64,000 bases of DNA from Chloroflexota bacterium. Its GTDB lineage: Bacteria; Chloroflexota; Limnocylindria; Limnocylindrales; CSP1-4. The position numbers and the translations under genes were made by a program. Below, piece after piece: positions 8,747-22,110 of the stretch. The notes under the pieces are model-generated. The model was given only the letters and a program-made list of their open reading frames with translations, searched no databases and was not told the DNA's origin. Within the stretch, counting starts at the first letter, position 1; every line of letters starts with the position of its first letter. The stretch is taken from the NCBI GenBank assembly GCA_021786385.1, contig JAJYNJ010000027.1, forward strand, positions 20,760 through 84,759, given 5' to 3'.

Positions 8747-10363
8747 TTATTGCGGGACCGCCGTGGTGCCGGCTCGGGCCGCGTCGAGCGCCCGGGCGTG
8801 CTCCCGGATCCGCTCCCACGCGAGCGCCACGTGGCGCCCCTCCGTGCGCACGCCGCCGATCGCGAGCCGCAGCGTCAGCCGCTCCCGGAGCCGCGTGTGC
8901 GAGAGGAAGACGCGCCCCTCCCGGTTGACCGCCTCGAGCAGCGCGGCGTTGAGCCGGTCGAGCTGCGCGCGCACGTCAGGCTCGTCCTCCCGTCCCATGA
9001 AGCGCCGCGGCCGCCAGCGGAAACAGACGGTCGAGAACGGGACCGGCGCCAGCCGCTCCGCGTCCGGCTCCGCGTCCACCCAGCCCGCGAACTGCTGGGC
9101 CAGCGCGATGTGCTCGCGCAGCCGCGCCCGCATCCCCTCCAGGCCGAAGTACCGCAGCAGCATCCACATCTTGAGCGCCCGGAAGCGCCGCCCGAGCTGG
9201 GGCGTGTACTCGTTGAAGTCGTGTACCGCCGCTGCGCGGTCCAGGGTCCGCAGGTATTCGGGGACCAGGCTGAACGCCGCGCGCACGACCTGCGGGCGCC
9301 GCGTCAGGAAGAGCGACGCGTCGAGTGGGGTGAAGAGCCACTTGTGCGGGTTCACGACGATCGAGTCGGCGCGCTCCCAGCCCGCGAACGGCTCGCGACG
9401 CTCGCCAAGGAGCGCGGTCGCGCCGGCATACGCGGCGTCGACATGGAGCCAGAGCCCCTCGCGCTCCGCCACATCCGCGATGGCTGGCGTCGGATCGACC
9501 GAGGTCGGGCCGGTCGTCCCGATGGTGGCCACGACCGCGCAAGGCACGTGCCCCGCCGCACGATCCTCGCGGATCGCGGCTTCCAGCGCCGCGACGTCCA
9601 TGCGGTACGCATCGTCGACGGGGATGCGCCGGGTCCCAGCTCGTCCGATCCCCAGCGTCATGGCCGCCTTCTCGATCGAACTGTGCGCCTCGACGGAGGC
9701 GTAGACCCGCAGCGCCGGGCGTCCGGCGAGCCCGTGGGCGGCCGCGTCGTTCCCCGGGACCGCCTGGCGCGCACCCGCGAGCCCGATCAGGCTGCTGGTC
9801 GAGGCGGTATCGGTGAAGAAGCCATCGAAGCCGTCTGGCAGCCCAAAGCCCTGCCGGAGCCAGCCGACCGTGACCTCTTCGAGCTCGGTGGCGACCGGCG
9901 ACGTCCGCCAGAGCATCGCGTTGCCGACGAGTGTCGCCATCAGCATCTCGCCGAGGATGCCCGGTGCCGACCCGCTGCTCGCGAAATAGGCGAAGAACGC
10001 CGGATGTTGCCAGTGCGTGATGTTCGGCTCGACGAGCGCACGGTAGTCGACGAGGACGTCGGCAAGAGGTGCGGGGCGCTCCGGCGGTGCGGCGGGGAAT
10101 CGCGCGCGGAGCTCACCCGGCTCGACGGCGGGCAGGACGGGGAAACGTTCGACGCCGGCGAGGTAATCGGCCATCAGATCGGCCACGGCGTGCGCGGCCC
10201 GCCGGAACGTCTCGGGGTCCATGTCGCCCCGAGCCGAGGCCTGGGCCAGATCGAGCGTGCCGAACGCCGCCCGCAAGGTCTCGTCGTCGAGCGTGGCGGA
10301 CGGAGCGCTGCTGGGCTGCTGGGAGGAGTACGCGCCAGAGTCGGAAGATCTGATACGAGTCAC
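8747..10363 (-). CDS. PLP-dependent group II decarboxylase (aromatic-amino-acid/tyrosine decarboxylase-like)
   Basis: NPHKW PLP-lysine motif (SIVVNPHKWLFTPLD) in a 538-aa ORF. The true start may be the internal MDPETF. Confidence 0.8.
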   Translation of the reverse strand: MTRIRSSDSGAYSSQQPSSAPSATLDDETLRAAFGTLDLAQASARGDMDPETFRRAAHAVADLMADYLAGVERFPVLPAVEPGELRARFPAAPPERPAPLADVLVDYRALVEPNITHWQHPAFFAYFASSGSAPGILGEMLMATLVGNAMLWRTSPVATELEEVTVGWLRQGFGLPDGFDGFFTDTASTSSLIGLAGARQAVPGNDAAAHGLAGRPALRVYASVEAHSSIEKAAMTLGIGRAGTRRIPVDDAYRMDVAALEAAIREDRAAGHVPCAVVATIGTTGPTSVDPTPAIADVAEREGLWLHVDAAYAGATALLGERREPFAGWERADSIVVNPHKWLFTPLDASLFLTRRPQVVRAAFSLVPEYLRTLDRAAAVHDFNEYTPQLGRRFRALKMWMLLRYFGLEGMRARLREHIALAQQFAGWVDAEPDAERLAPVPFSTVCFRWRPRRFMGREDEPDVRAQLDRLNAALLEAVNREGRVFLSHTRLRERLTLRLAIGGVRTEGRHVALAWERIREHARALDAARAGTTAVPQ

Positions 10364-10481
10364 GAGTTCGAGTCTACGGGAATGGACGGGAGGCGGCAGC
10401 GCGCCGCCGGAGGTGACCCGGACCGAGGCGTCCGGCGGGGCTGCAACGGTCCGTCGGGAAACGTGGCGTGGAGCGCGGTAG

Positions 10482-13556
<3,075 letters not shown>

Positions 13557-13622
13557 CGGCGCCGTCGGGCAGACGGCGGGCGCGCGGCGGACCGTGGGTG
13601 GCCCTCGGGCGGCCCACTCCGT

Positions 13623-14579
13623 TCAGACCTCGGCGTGCGGCGCCCCGCTGGCGCGTGCGCGCTCGACCGCCAGCCGTGCCACGGCCCAGTCCTGCGCGGC
13701 GATCCCCACCGACTTGAAGACGGTCCAGCCACCGGGTGAGACGAATCGGCGGGCCAGCAGGTCTCCGAGCTCCACCAACTGCTCCCGCATCAGCTGGCCC
13801 GACCGGATCGCCCGCAGCAGGTCGCCGGCCTCGGCCATCGCCGCCGCGACTTGATCGACCGCGACCACGCTCGCCGCGGTCAGGAGCGCCTCTGGCACCT
13901 CGCACATCGCCTCGGTGTACGCGCCCACGGCATTGACGTGCACATCGGCGGCGAGATCGTCAACGCCGAACAGCGGCTCCGTGGCGGTGGTCGCGGTGCA
14001 GATCAGATCGGCACCGCGGATCGCCTCGCGCACGGTGCCAGCCGCGAGGACCCGCACGGGCGCCAGCTCGCGGCCGAGCCGCACCGCCAGCCGCGCCGCG
14101 TGCGCCGGATCGCGTGACGCGACGCGCACCTCCCGGATCGGCCGCACCGCGCAGACCGCACGGACTTGGTCCTCCGCCTGGCCGCCCGCGCCGATCATGC
14201 CGAGGACGCGGGCGTCGGGGGAGGCCAGGAGGTCGGTGGCGACGCCCGACGCCGCTCCGGTGCGCAGCGCGGTGAGGCTGGTCCCGTCGATGAGGGCGAT
14301 TGGCGCGCCGGTCGGGCCGTCGAACCAGAGGACCACCGCCTGCACGGCCGGCAGAGCGTGCTTGCGGTTCTCGGGCCGGACGGTGACGGCCTTCAGGACG
14401 GTGCCCACGCCTTCGCGGTCCGCGGCCAGCATCGCCAGGGCGCGGCCGCCCTCCAGGGCCAGTCGCGCGGGCTGCTCCAGCGTGCCCCGCGAGCTCGCGA
14501 TGAAGGCGCCGCGGACGGCATCGATCGCCGCCCCCATCGGGACGAGCTCGCGCAGACGCGGCCCCGAGATCCATAACAT
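13623..14579 (-). CDS. ornithine cyclodeaminase/mu-crystallin family protein (candidate delta1-pyrroline-2-carboxylate reductase, LhpI-like)
   Basis: 318 aa counted from the refined ATG at 14577-14579 (MLWISGPRLRELVPMGAAID...). Rossmann motif GMIGAGGQA. The family fits OCD/mu-crystallin. Confidence 0.75.
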   Translation of the reverse strand: MLWISGPRLRELVPMGAAIDAVRGAFIASSRGTLEQPARLALEGGRALAMLAADREGVGTVLKAVTVRPENRKHALPAVQAVVLWFDGPTGAPIALIDGTSLTALRTGAASGVATDLLASPDARVLGMIGAGGQAEDQVRAVCAVRPIREVRVASRDPAHAARLAVRLGRELAPVRVLAAGTVREAIRGADLICTATTATEPLFGVDDLAADVHVNAVGAYTEAMCEVPEALLTAASVVAVDQVAAAMAEAGDLLRAIRSGQLMREQLVELGDLLARRFVSPGGWTVFKSVGIAAQDWAVARLAVERARASGAPHAEV

Positions 14580-14586
14580 GGTGGTG

Positions 14587-15744
14587 TCAGGGGTCGGCCG
14601 AGCGGGCCGCGTCCGGTGGCCGCGTCCGGTCGGTCGGCCGCTCCTGGTCGGCCAGACGGGTGGAGTCGGTGGCCACAGCGGCCGTCCCCGCGCCCCAGAT
14701 GTCGCCGACCGTGTAGCCAGTCGGGAACGGATCTTCCGGGTCGAGCACGTAGGTGGCGAATCCGGTGATCCACGCCGTGCCGCCGATCGTGGGCACCACG
14801 GCCGGGCGGCCCCCCACCGTCGTCTGCCGGACCAGGCGGCCTGTGAAGACCGTGCCCAGGATCCCCTCGTGGCGGAAGTCCTGGTGCAGGCGCAGCAGAC
14901 CGCGCGCGTGCAGCGTGGCCATCTTGGCCGACGTCCCGGTCCCACAGGGCGAGCGGTCGAGGGCGCCGGTCCACGTCTCGGGCCGGCCCCAATCGAGCGC
15001 GCCGGTCGACACCACGACGGCGTTGCGCAGGTCGGCGTGGGGACCGCTCGCCGGACCCGAGAGCAGGGCGATGGTCGGCCCCACGATCGCCGGGTTGTCC
15101 GGGTGTGTGCAAGGCAGCTGCTCGCGGGTGGCGGCCTTGATCATCTCGCCGACCCGAACTAGATCCCGTGCCTCGTCCGGCGAAAGGCGTAGGCCCAGGG
15201 CGGCCGCGTCGGCGATGGCGTAGATCATGCCCCCGTACGCCACGTCGACCTTCACGGTGCCGAGCGTCGGGACCTCGATCGCGGCGTCCAGCGCGAAGAC
15301 GAACGAGGGGACGTTTTCGAAGGTGATCCGTCGAGCTTTGCCGTCCACGACGTCGGCCCGGATCGCGACCGGCCCGGCGGGGGATTCGAGGACGAACTCG
15401 GTCAGCGGTTCCCGCACCGGCACCATGCCCATCTCGATCAGCACGGTGGCCACGCAGATGGTGTTGGTGCCCGACATGGGCGGGTACTCGACCTGCTCCA
15501 TGATGATGTAGCCGGCGACGGCCGAGGGGTCGGTGGGCGCCACGATCAGGTTGCAGTTGGCGGCGGGATAGCCGCGCGGCTCGCGCAGCATGCGCAGGCG
15601 GATCTCGTCGTGGTGCTGCGCGAAGTGGCGCATCTTGTCGAACATCGTCCGGCCCGGGACGTCGAGCACGCCCCCGATGATCACGCGACCCGGCTCTCCC
15701 GCAGCATGCGCGTCGACGGCCAGGATGGCGTTGCCGAACCTCAT
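14587..15744 (-). CDS. proline racemase superfamily enzyme (hydroxyproline epimerase/trans-3-hydroxy-L-proline dehydratase-like)
   Basis: 385-aa ORF. The second catalytic motif SPCGTGTSAKMA is present. The first catalytic position sits in MSGTNTIC, with Ser where racemases carry Cys. A GGAGG Shine-Dalgarno lies 9 nt upstream of the ATG. Confidence 0.8.
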   Translation of the reverse strand: MRFGNAILAVDAHAAGEPGRVIIGGVLDVPGRTMFDKMRHFAQHHDEIRLRMLREPRGYPAANCNLIVAPTDPSAVAGYIIMEQVEYPPMSGTNTICVATVLIEMGMVPVREPLTEFVLESPAGPVAIRADVVDGKARRITFENVPSFVFALDAAIEVPTLGTVKVDVAYGGMIYAIADAAALGLRLSPDEARDLVRVGEMIKAATREQLPCTHPDNPAIVGPTIALLSGPASGPHADLRNAVVVSTGALDWGRPETWTGALDRSPCGTGTSAKMATLHARGLLRLHQDFRHEGILGTVFTGRLVRQTTVGGRPAVVPTIGGTAWITGFATYVLDPEDPFPTGYTVGDIWGAGTAAVATDSTRLADQERPTDRTRPPDAARSADP

Positions 15745-15994
15745 CGCGACGTTCCTCCTCGCGTCAGCCGGCCCGGGCCGCTACCGGGCGCGCCCGACCC
15801 GCGCGACCGATCGTAGCGCACCGACGCTGCCAGCCAGCCCGGGATGGGAGGGACAATTGGACGCTCCGCACGCCCACTGGTGCAGGCCATCCGGCGCAAG
15901 GTTTAGGGCCCACCGGCCCGAGCACGCACCGCCGTTTGGCCGGCAACATGACTGCACGGCCGGGTCGCGGCGAGACCGACGAGCGGCCGCATGC

Positions 15995-16037
15995 GGAAGG
16001 GAGGACGTGGCATGCAATCTGGAAGGGAGGGCCTGGT
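15995..16037 (+). promoter_or_regulatory. tandemly duplicated Shine-Dalgarno+ATG unit (GGAAGGGAGG-N7-ATGCA, two copies) preceding the membrane-protein gene
   Basis: Copy 1 spans 15995-16016 and copy 2 spans 16021-16042, matching at 18 of 22 nt. The second copy supplies the SD and ATG (16038) of the downstream ORF. Confidence 0.4.
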
Positions 16038-16571
16038 ATGCAGTTGACCGATCGTGAACTGTGGGGTGTCATCCACGGAATGGGCCTTGGCGCCCTCTTC
16101 CTGCTCGCCTTCGGAGGCGGGTTGGCCGGCCTCTGGAGCCTGCGGGAGGGTCTCGTCACACCCGAGGGCGTGGAGGAGCGTACCCCTCGACTGCTCGTGG
16201 GCACCTGGGTGATGGCGATCGTGGCCTGGTTGACGGTGCTCGTGGGCACGTTCATCGTCTATCCCTGGTACCGGGCGAAGCCGCCCGCTGGCGTGACCGA
16301 CTTGGCCGCCTATCCCCGGGTGCTCCTTCTCAGTAACCCGAACACCGCTCAGTGGCACCAGTTCGGCATGGAGTGGAAAGAGCACGTGGCGTGGATCGCG
16401 CCGCTCCTGGCCACGGCGGTCGCCTTCGTGGTCCTCTACTACGGGGCCCAGCTGATTCGCCATCCAGAGGTCCGGCGGGCACTGCTGGTCCTCTTCACGC
16501 TCGCCTTTGCCGCGGCGGCCGTGGCTGGGCTCCTCGGGGCCTTCATCACCAAAGCGGCCCCGGTCGCCTGA
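16038..16571 (+). CDS. hypothetical integral membrane protein
   Basis: Start refined to MQLTDRELWG with a GGGAGG SD 7 nt upstream. There are four or more hydrophobic helices. No family was recognised. Confidence 0.5.
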   Translation: MQLTDRELWGVIHGMGLGALFLLAFGGGLAGLWSLREGLVTPEGVEERTPRLLVGTWVMAIVAWLTVLVGTFIVYPWYRAKPPAGVTDLAAYPRVLLLSNPNTAQWHQFGMEWKEHVAWIAPLLATAVAFVVLYYGAQLIRHPEVRRALLVLFTLAFAAAAVAGLLGAFITKAAPVA

Positions 16572-16581
16572 ACAAGGAGGG

Positions 16582-16926
16582 ATGATCATGACCACCATGG
16601 GCCAGCCCAAGCCCAATGGGCCGGCCGCGGCGGCGATCCTGGCCGCCGGCATCGGTGTCTTCGTGCTGGGGCTGATGACGACGCTCGCCGAAGCCTCGGC
16701 TGCTCTCGGCAACGCTCTCACCCTGGTCAGCAGTGCCGGCCCGCTCTCGGGGAAGGTGGCCGTCGCCGTCCTCGCCGACCTGGTCGCGTGGATCGTCGCC
16801 GGGCTCGCTTGGCGTGAGCGGGATGTCGCGTTCAACCGCGCATTCGGAATCACGCTCCTCTTGATCGCGGGAGGGTTCCTGCTCACGTTCCCGCCGTTCT
16901 TCGATCTCTTCGCCGCCAAGGGCTGA
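16582..16926 (+). CDS. hypothetical small membrane protein
   Basis: Start refined to the ATG at 16582 (MIMTTMGQ...), preceded by a perfect AAGGAGG SD at 16574-16580. Three hydrophobic segments. Confidence 0.5.
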   Translation: MIMTTMGQPKPNGPAAAAILAAGIGVFVLGLMTTLAEASAALGNALTLVSSAGPLSGKVAVAVLADLVAWIVAGLAWRERDVAFNRAFGITLLLIAGGFLLTFPPFFDLFAAKG

Positions 16927-17002
16927 TCGAGGTACGACGCCAGCGGTCGTGGCGTGCGGTCCGCGGCGGCCTCACACCGCCAGCGCACCTACTCCACCAC
17001 GC

Positions 17003-17037
17003 GGCCCCTCCGGGAACCCGGAGGGGCCGTTTCGTGC
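17003..17037 (+). terminator. rho-independent-type terminator hairpin (possibly bidirectional)
   Basis: A perfect 12-bp inverted repeat GGCCCCTCCGGG-AAC-CCCGGAGGGGCC is followed by GTTTCGTG. It lies between the convergent plus-strand membrane-protein gene and the minus-strand tRNA. Confidence 0.55.
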
Positions 17038-17045
17038 AAAGATGG

Positions 17046-17123
<78 letters not shown>

Positions 17124-17148
17124 CGGCGGCCATTCTAGCAGAGGGGAT

Positions 17149-18891
17149 TCAGCGGCCACGCCCCCGGCGCCCCCCTCGTCCAGCGGGTGGTCCGGAGCCA
17201 CGGCGATCCTGACCACCTCCACGGCCGGCGGCGGGGGGTCGCATCCCCCCGGCCGCACGGCGCGCCTGCCGCGGCGACGCCCGGCGCCGCTCGATCTGCG
17301 CCCGCGTCCGCGTGCGGAAGACCAGACGGAGTGGCGTCCCCCCGAAGTCGAACGCCTCGCGGATGCGGTTCTCCAGGTAGCGCGCGTAGCTGAAGTGCAC
17401 GGCGTCGGCATCGCTGACGAAGAGCACGAAGGTGGGTGGCGCCACCGACGCCTGTGTGGCGTAGTAGAACTTCGGCCGGATCCCCTTGACTGGCGGCGGC
17501 GTCTGGCGGAACGTCGCGTCCGCCAGCAGACGGTTCAGCTCGCCCGTCGGCACCCGGCGGCGGCGCTGTGCCGCGATCTCGAGCGCGGCATCGAGCACGC
17601 GACCCACGCGCTGGCCCGTCCTGGCGCTGATCGCCACGACCGGGGCGAAGTCGAGAAACGGGGCCTCACGGCGTACGGCCGCCACGTACTCGTCGAAGGT
17701 GGCCGTTTGCTTCTCGACCAGGTCCCACTTGTTGAGCGCGACGACGAGCCCCTTCCCCTCCTCGACCACATAGCCGGCCACGTGCGCGTCCTGCCGTGTG
17801 AGACCATCCACGCTGTCGAGCACGAGGATCGCGACGTCGCACCGACCGAGCGCCCGCAGGGCGCGCAGTGCGGAGAAGCGCTCGGAGTCGGGGCCGCTCG
17901 CCACGCGTCCGCGGCGCCGGATCCCCGCCGTGTCGATCAGCGTGACGGGGCGGCCGTTCCAGACGATCTCGGTGTCGATGGCGTCCCGCGTGGTGCCGGG
18001 GATCTCGCTGACGATCACGCGCTCCTCGCCGAACAGCGCGTTGAGCAACGAGGACTTCCCGACGTTGGGCCGTCCCACGATGGCGATCGCGACCGGACCT
18101 TGCGCCGCCTCCAGGTCGGTCCGTGCCCGCCGGTCCCAGGCCGCAGCGACGTCGAGCGTCGCGGACGACGAACCCTCCTCGACTCCGCCGCCCGCCGAAG
18201 CGCCGGGGCCCACTCCCGACGCGGCGCTCCCACCCGCCGCGCCCGCGGGTTCGGTCAGCGCGACCCCCTGCGCCTCCGCGAGCGCCGCCAGCTCGGCGAA
18301 GTCCTCCGCCTCGGCCTCGCGCCGCTTCCGCTCCCGCTCTTCCTCGCTCTCGGGTGGGAGGGCCCAGACCAACGCATCGAGCAGGTCCCCCGTGCCGCGG
18401 CCGTGCAACGCGCTGATGGCGTAGGTCTCCTCCCAGCCGTAGCGGTGGAACTCCGCGCCCTCGAACTCGCGCCGCTCGCTGTCGGCCTTGTTGACCGCGA
18501 CGATCACCGGCACGCGAGCCCCGCGCAGGAGCTCGGCCGCCTCCTGGTCGGCCGGGGTCTCACCGGCAGCGGCGTCCACCACGAAGACGATCAGGTCGGC
18601 CTCCTCGATCGCCAAGCGCGCCTGCTCCTGCACCTTGGCCTCGATCGGATCGCCCGGGCGCCGTTCCAGGCCACCGGTGTCGACGACGATGAATCGGCGG
18701 CCGTTCCATTCGGCCTCGCCGTAGAGCCGGTCCCGCGTCGTGCGTGCCCGGTCCTCGACGATCGCGGTGCGCGCGCCGACGATGCGGTTGAAGAGCGTAC
18801 TCTTGCCGACGTTGGGGCGCCCGACGATCGCCACGATGGGCAGCCCGCTCCGGCCCGTCGCTGCGGGCCGCGCCGCTGAACGCGCGGCCAT
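17149..18891 (-). CDS. der: ribosome-associated GTPase Der (EngA), tandem GTPase domains
   Basis: Two G-domains are present ([13 protein letters not shown] and [14 protein letters not shown]) plus a KH-like C-terminus. There is an unusual acidic inter-domain insert and an Arg/Gly-rich C-terminal tail. Confidence 0.85.
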   Translation of the reverse strand: MAARSAARPAATGRSGLPIVAIVGRPNVGKSTLFNRIVGARTAIVEDRARTTRDRLYGEAEWNGRRFIVVDTGGLERRPGDPIEAKVQEQARLAIEEADLIVFVVDAAAGETPADQEAAELLRGARVPVIVAVNKADSERREFEGAEFHRYGWEETYAISALHGRGTGDLLDALVWALPPESEEERERKRREAEAEDFAELAALAEAQGVALTEPAGAAGGSAASGVGPGASAGGGVEEGSSSATLDVAAAWDRRARTDLEAAQGPVAIAIVGRPNVGKSSLLNALFGEERVIVSEIPGTTRDAIDTEIVWNGRPVTLIDTAGIRRRGRVASGPDSERFSALRALRALGRCDVAILVLDSVDGLTRQDAHVAGYVVEEGKGLVVALNKWDLVEKQTATFDEYVAAVRREAPFLDFAPVVAISARTGQRVGRVLDAALEIAAQRRRRVPTGELNRLLADATFRQTPPPVKGIRPKFYYATQASVAPPTFVLFVSDADAVHFSYARYLENRIREAFDFGGTPLRLVFRTRTRAQIERRRASPRQARRAAGGMRPPAAGRGGGQDRRGSGPPAGRGGRRGRGR

Positions 18892-18893
18892 CC

Positions 18894-19877
18894 TCAGGCC
18901 TCGCCAGCGAGAACGCCCGCCGAGACGCTGCTCGTGCGGTACGTCGAATCGGCCACCCGGCGCAGCGAAGCCGCGGCCAGCTCGGCCGCACGCATCCGCA
19001 CCTCAGGCGTGCCGGCGATCTCGTAGATGCGCCGCGTCACCACCTGTAGGTCCTCGATCGGGGTCGACGTGCCGCCCGTCACCCCGACCACCTCGGCCTC
19101 GCCGAAGAGATCGGGGTCTTGCAGATCCGCAGCCGACTCCACTTGTAACACCGGCGTCCCGACGATCTGGCAGAGCCGGGTGAGCTCTCGCGTGTTGGCG
19201 CTGCTCCGCCCTCCCACCACCACCATGAACTCGACCGCCGCGGCCGCCTCCATGGTGTCCTGCTGGCGACGGATCGTGACCGGACAGATCGTGTTGACGA
19301 TCTTGAGCTCATGGCAGCGGGAAACGAGGAACGCGGCCAGCTTCTCGAATTTCCACGGGGGCTGCGTGCTCTGGCTGAGGAGCGCCATGCGCTTCGTCCG
19401 TGGGATGCGCGCCCAGTCCCCCTCCTCGTCGACCACGATCGCGTTGGGCGCGAAGCCGAGGAGCCCCACGACCTCGGGGTGTTTCGGCGTGCCCAGCAGC
19501 ACGATCGTGTAGCCGTCGGCCACGAGCTGGGTCAACGCCCGCTGCTCCTGGATCACCCAGGTGCAGGTACCGTCGATCACCTCCAGGCCGCGAGCCTTCG
19601 CGCGGTCCATCACCTCGGGGGTGACGCCGTGGGCGCGGATCACCACCGCGGCGCCCTCCCGTACCTCGTCGAGCGTGGCGACGGTGCGGATCCCCTGCGC
19701 CTCGAGCTGTTCGATCACGCCCTCGTTGTGGACGACCTGGCCGAGGGTATGCGTCTTCTTCCCTTCCGCCGCGGCGGTCTTGGCGTAGTCGATCGCCTCG
19801 CGGACGCCGTAACAGAAGCCGGTACGGCGCGTGATGACGACGTCCCGAACCTTTCCCATCGCCGGGCATTGTGTCAC
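18894..19877 (-). CDS. ispH: 4-hydroxy-3-methylbut-2-enyl diphosphate reductase IspH
   Basis: [15 protein letters not shown] ... VVHNEGV ... three-domain LytB pattern. The start may be the internal MGKVRDVV. Confidence 0.85.
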   Translation of the reverse strand: MTQCPAMGKVRDVVITRRTGFCYGVREAIDYAKTAAAEGKKTHTLGQVVHNEGVIEQLEAQGIRTVATLDEVREGAAVVIRAHGVTPEVMDRAKARGLEVIDGTCTWVIQEQRALTQLVADGYTIVLLGTPKHPEVVGLLGFAPNAIVVDEEGDWARIPRTKRMALLSQSTQPPWKFEKLAAFLVSRCHELKIVNTICPVTIRRQQDTMEAAAAVEFMVVVGGRSSANTRELTRLCQIVGTPVLQVESAADLQDPDLFGEAEVVGVTGGTSTPIEDLQVVTRRIYEIAGTPEVRMRAAELAAASLRRVADSTYRTSSVSAGVLAGEA

Positions 19878-20587
19878 GGAACCTGCGGAAACGGGCCGGC
19901 GCCCACCTTCGACTCGACCGCCGCGACCACGGCCTCGACCGCCTGCTCGAGCGTGAACCCATCGGTGCGGATCACGACCGCGTCGGGTGCGACGCGCAGC
20001 GGCGCTGCCGCGCGACTGCTGTCGAGCGCGTCCCGCGCTCGCAGCTCCGCGACGATGCGCTCCTCCGCGGCGGCACTACTGCCATCGTCGGGAACGCCCC
20101 GCTCGAGCCCACGCCGCCTGGCACGTTCGGCCAATGTCGCATCGAGGTAGATCTTGATGTCGGCGTCGGGCAACACCACCGTCCCGATGTCGCGTCCCGC
20201 CACGACGATCCCACCGCTCGCCGCCAGCTCACGCTGCCGAGGCAGCAGCGCCGCGCGGACCTCCGGCTGGCGCGACACCTCGCTCACGATCCGCTCGATC
20301 GACGGGTCGTGGACCAATCCGGTGATCTCCCGGCCCGCCGCACGCACCCGTAGATAGCGGCCCGCCGCGTCGGGCTCGAGCCGCAGTTCCGGCACCAGCG
20401 CGGCCAGGGTCGGGCCGTCGTCCGGCGCCACGCCGCGCTGCAGGGCGAGCCAGGCCGCGGCGCGGTAGAAGAGTCCGGTGTCGCAGAAGCGCAACCCAAG
20501 CCGAGCCGCCGCCAGCGCGCCCACCGTGCTCTTGCCGCTCGACGCCGGCCCGTCGATCGCCACGACCGGCCCGCGCGGGCCCGTCAC
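19874..20587 (-). CDS. cmk: cytidylate kinase
   Basis: VVAIDGPASSGKSTVGALAAARLGLRFCDTGLFYRA. 4-nt overlap with ispH. Confidence 0.85.
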   Translation of the reverse strand: MTGPRGPVVAIDGPASSGKSTVGALAAARLGLRFCDTGLFYRAAAWLALQRGVAPDDGPTLAALVPELRLEPDAAGRYLRVRAAGREITGLVHDPSIERIVSEVSRQPEVRAALLPRQRELAASGGIVVAGRDIGTVVLPDADIKIYLDATLAERARRRGLERGVPDDGSSAAAEERIVAELRARDALDSSRAAAPLRVAPDAVVIRTDGFTLEQAVEAVVAAVESKVGAGPFPQVP

Positions 20588-21453
20588 CGTTCCGTCCCCA
20601 CGCTGCGCCTACCCCGTCCCCGCCGCGAGTCCGTCTCGCCCGCTGCGTGCCGGGACAAGGGTAGCCCACGCGTCGGCGCCCTGGCGCCGATCGCCGCCAG
20701 CTGCGCGGCCTCGGCGGCACTGAGCAAGCGCAGCTCGCCCGGGCGCAACCCGCCGAGGCGCAGCGTCCCGATCCGTACACGCACCAGACGTAGCACCGGG
20801 GCGCCCACCGCCGCGAACATGCGGCGGAGCTGCCGCTTCCAGCCCTGGCCCAACGTCGCCCGGTACCACGCCAGCCCGGTCGGCAGGCCCGGACCCAGCA
20901 GCCCCAGCAGGGCGCCCGTCTCGGTGCGGGTCGCCGGACGGAGATCGAGGAGCACGGCGGCACCCTCCTGCAGCTGGATCCCTGCACGCAACCGGCGGGC
21001 CTCGTCGGGCGTCAGGGGACGGCCGAGCCCGACGGCGTACTCGCGTTCGACGGCGTGGCGCGGGTGCAGCACACGTTCCGCCCAGTTGCCGTCGTTGGTG
21101 AGCAGCAACAGCCCCTCCGATTCCCGGTCGAGGCGGCCCACGGGGTAGAGCCGGCCGGCCCGAGCGAGGAGGTCGGGGGGCACGAGGTCGAGCACGGTCC
21201 TGGCGGCGTGCCGGTCCGCGACCGTGCTCGTGACGCCGGCCGGCTTGTGGAGCGCCAAATAGATGCGTGCGGCGCGGGTGGGCAGCGGTCGCCCGTCGAG
21301 CGCGATCGACTGGCGGTCCGGGTCGACCTTCATGCCGAGCGTGGCGACCAGGCCGTCGACGCTGACGCGACCGGCGGCGATCAGTTCCTCGGCGTGGCGC
21401 CGCGACGTGATCCCGGCATCGGCGAGGGCCTTCTGCAGGCGCACCTGCGCCAT
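20584..21453 (-). CDS. rluB: rRNA pseudouridine synthase (RluB/RsuA family) with S4 domain
   Basis: An N-terminal S4 domain (RLQKALADAGITSRRHAEELIAAGRV) precedes the catalytic motif VGRLDRESEGLLLLTNDG. Confidence 0.8.
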   Translation of the reverse strand: MAQVRLQKALADAGITSRRHAEELIAAGRVSVDGLVATLGMKVDPDRQSIALDGRPLPTRAARIYLALHKPAGVTSTVADRHAARTVLDLVPPDLLARAGRLYPVGRLDRESEGLLLLTNDGNWAERVLHPRHAVEREYAVGLGRPLTPDEARRLRAGIQLQEGAAVLLDLRPATRTETGALLGLLGPGLPTGLAWYRATLGQGWKRQLRRMFAAVGAPVLRLVRVRIGTLRLGGLRPGELRLLSAAEAAQLAAIGARAPTRGLPLSRHAAGETDSRRGRGRRSVGTER

Positions 21454-21501
21454 CTCAGCCCCGCCCCCCGACCGCGGCTCGGGTCACGGCCGTATGGCAC
21501 C

Positions 21502-22110
21502 TCATGGTTCGCTCGAGGCCTCGGCCTCGGCTTCGGCAAGCCGCGCGGCGATCTCGGCGTCGAGCTCGGGCAGCTCGTCGAGCGAGGTCAGGCCGAAGCG
21601 CTCGAGGAACTCGAACGAGGTCCCGTAGAGGATCGGCCGACCGGGAGCATCGGCACGCCCTTGTTCGACGAGCAACCGGCGGTGCAGCAGCGACCGGACG
21701 ACGTAATCGGAGTCGACGCCGCGGATCCGTTCGATGGCGGCACGCGTCACCGGCTGGCGGTAGGCCACGATCGCCAGCGTCTCGAGCGCGGCCGGCGTGA
21801 GGCGGACTCCTTCGCTGCCCACGTAGCGCGCGATCAGCGCGCCGGCTTCGGGTGCGGTGGCCAGCGCCACGCGGTCGCCGACGGCCAGCAGGCGGATGCC
21901 GCGGCCGGCAAGCTCGACCTCGAGGTCCCCCAGACGCGCATCGACCGTCGCGGCGTCGACGCCGGCCAGCGTCGCGATCTCGCGACGAGGAAGGGGCCGC
22001 TCGGCCACGAAGAGGAGCGCCTCGAGCTGCGCCGTGGTGAGACCGTCGGCTGCCGCGCCGGCCTCGGCTGCCGCGCCGGCCTCGGGGGTCGCGCCGTCGC
22101 CGGGGGTCAC
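21502..22110 (-). CDS. scpB: segregation and condensation protein B
   Basis: LEALLFVAERPLPRREIATL ... tandem winged-helix pattern. Overlaps the scpA stop. Confidence 0.8.
   Translation of the reverse strand: MTPGDGATPEAGAAAEAGAAADGLTTAQLEALLFVAERPLPRREIATLAGVDAATVDARLGDLEVELAGRGIRLLAVGDRVALATAPEAGALIARYVGSEGVRLTPAALETLAIVAYRQPVTRAAIERIRGVDSDYVVRSLLHRRLLVEQGRADAPGRPILYGTSFEFLERFGLTSLDELPELDAEIAARLAEAEAEASSEP

Noticed and set aside
13594-13617. Possible bidirectional terminator hairpin between convergent lacZ and the OCD-family gene (GTGGGTGGCCC-TCG-GGCGGCCCAC).
   Set aside because: The stem is imperfect, with two internal mismatches, and there is no U-tract. Too weak to call as a feature.
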